A stretch of DNA of 63,985 nt, counting the filler, from Trypethelium eluteriae (lineage: Eukaryota), in assembly GCA_051942245.1 (NCBI GenBank). It is 3 parts of 3 records of this genome, joined end to end, with 100 filler letters (N's around TTAATTAATTAA, not from the genome) between each part and the next. Parts side by side here need not be neighbours in the genome. Positions count along the whole stretch, not along the records: positions 46,471 to 63,985 come from JAVECL010000586.1; 2 more parts are not named here. The stretch is one strand, 5' to 3'. Shown in pieces: positions 62,274 through 63,985 of the stretch; positions within the stretch are counted from its first letter, which is position 1, and the number at the start of each line of letters is the position of its first letter. Below the pieces are notes generated by a model. That model did no database searches, was not told the DNA's origin, and saw only the letters and a program-made list of their open reading frames with translations. The position numbers and the translations under genes were made by a program.

Positions 62274-63985
62274 ATGTCGAATCCAATGCTTTCTGTTCTT
62301 CCGAAATACAACAACCCTGTCACTACAGACATACTTCAATCCACATGTCGAGACCTTGGTATCCAACTACAAGATCATGAAAAGGAAGACTATCGTCGAC
62401 TGCTGGCTACCTATCATGAAGTGGCGGAGGATATAATGGCAATGGAAGGTATGGTGAGGGACGATGGAATGTCTACTCGACGTCAATTACATCAAAAAAA
62501 CACTCTTAAAAATTGATTTCATTTTATCTTCATATTAGAGAAATTGAACTGCTCGGGATAACCTCCAGAAAACTACAAACACTTGCTTGTCTTCTTCATC
62601 TTTAAAGACTTCGCGCTGACGATGGTAAGATTATCTGCCTCAGGTGGACCTCAACCGTTTTCCTAGGGAGGAAGTTTATCAGCCAAGCCCGGAGGAGAAC
62701 CGTCACAACGCATGGGCGGTGAAATGTAGCATTAAAGACCAAGAGGCCTCTAGAGACAATCAGCTCCTAAGCGGAAAAACCGTTGCAATCAAGGACATGA
62801 TTGCGATCAAGGACATCCCAATGACCTATGGTACCGACTCATTTACAAACTATGTTCCGGTACGAAAATAATTGCCTTGACTAGTTGCAATTCTGAGTCA
62901 TATACCTCAGTAATCAGACTAGTGCTAGTGTTATTGATTTTATTCACAGGACATAGATGCGACTGTAGTTTCGCGGATACTTGAAGCCGGCGGAGAAATT
63001 GTTGGAAAGTCTACATGTGAGAATCTATGCCACGACGGCTTATCCCATTCGGCAGCTTCTGGTATCGTCGAGAATCCTTACGCCAAAGGTTACAATGCGG
63101 GAGGCAGCTCGAGCGGGAGCGCCGTGCTCGTGGCTCTCAAAGAAGTCGACTTTGCCATCGGGGCCGATCAAGGCGGAAGCATCCGAATCCCGTCCGCAAA
63201 CTGCGGTATCGTCGGCCTCAAACCAACCTTCGGCCTCGTGCCATACACGGGATGTGGAAGCGGAGAGCCAACTCACGACCATGTAGGCCCAATGACCAAT
63301 TCTGTCGCCGACAACGCAAGAGTCCTCCAAGCCATTGCTGGCCCAGATGGCCTTGACGACCGCTGCACCTACCTCTCCACCCCGCCCAAATACGCCGACA
63401 ACCTCCTCGAAATGCCCAACATGGCCAAAAACCTGCACGGCTGGAAAATCGGCATCATCTCCGAATCCCTCACCAGCCCCGTCCTCGATCCCCGCGTCAA
63501 AGCCACCTTCCTCCACGCCGCCTCCCAGCTCACTACCCTCGGCGCCACGCTAGAACACGTTTCCATCCCGCTCCACAGCAAAGGCCCACTCATCTGGGCC
63601 GGCATCTCCCGCCCAGGCGGCCATCTAAACCGACACCCTGGCCCCTTCGGGCGCCGAACACACGCGCTCCTCGGGCTGGATGCGGTGCTCGGCCAGCCCT
63701 TCACGCAAGACGCCTGGGACAAGATGTACGTGGCCTCGCACACGGTGCACCTGAACGGGGCGTACGCGCTGCGCCGGTTCCCGCGTCTGTACGCCAAGTC
63801 GGCGAATCTGTCGCGAGCGCTGCGCGACGCCTACGACGAGGCGCTGAAGACGTACGATGTCTTGCTGACGCCGACGCTGCCGTTCTTGGCGAGGAGTCAT
63901 CCGCGGGAGGGGGCGGGCCCGGTGGAGAGCGTGGAGAGGCAGTTGGGGTTGACGGGGAATACGTGTCCGTTTAATGCGACGGGGC
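62274..63985 (+). CDS. Amidase-signature family enzyme (runs off window end)
   Basis: LSGKTVAIKD; DATVVSRIL; NPY...NAGGSSSGSA; GADQGGSIRIPS; GLKPTFGLVPYTG; DHVGPM. Two introns, with donors near 62449 and 62860. Confidence 0.94.

Overview
Filamentous ascomycete (Pezizomycotina) genomic DNA in three pieces, joined by artificial 100-nt N(44)-TTAATTAATTAA-N(44) spacers at 23156-23255 and 46371-46470; adjacency across the spacers is unproven. Piece 1 (1-23155) is AT-rich and almost ORF-free, but reversing C>T/G>A (RIP) changes by eye shows a fossil gene array. It comprises a patatin-like phospholipase, a DUF3723 gene, several unknown genes, a divergent MADS-box gene, a ferric reductase/NOX-like gene, a DUF6919-like gene and a NACHT-ankyrin NLR with 19 in-register 102-bp repeats. 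PLP + DUF3723 + FRE + NLR is the characteristic auxiliary set of Starship giant transposons, but no DUF3435 captain is visible. An LTR end, a Tad1-type LINE fragment and an unidentified repeat end are nested in or beside the array. Pieces 2 and 3 are gene-dense core genome: DAO, EFM3, RPS24, VPS72, JSN1/PUF, KU70, HEM15, MFS, TAH18, an RRM protein, SSD1, CPD1, GLE1, a TGL3-like patatin, MFS, a broken CYP52-clan P450 and an amidase. Family calls come from recognised motifs with no database search, and boundaries of the RIP-degraded genes are approximate.
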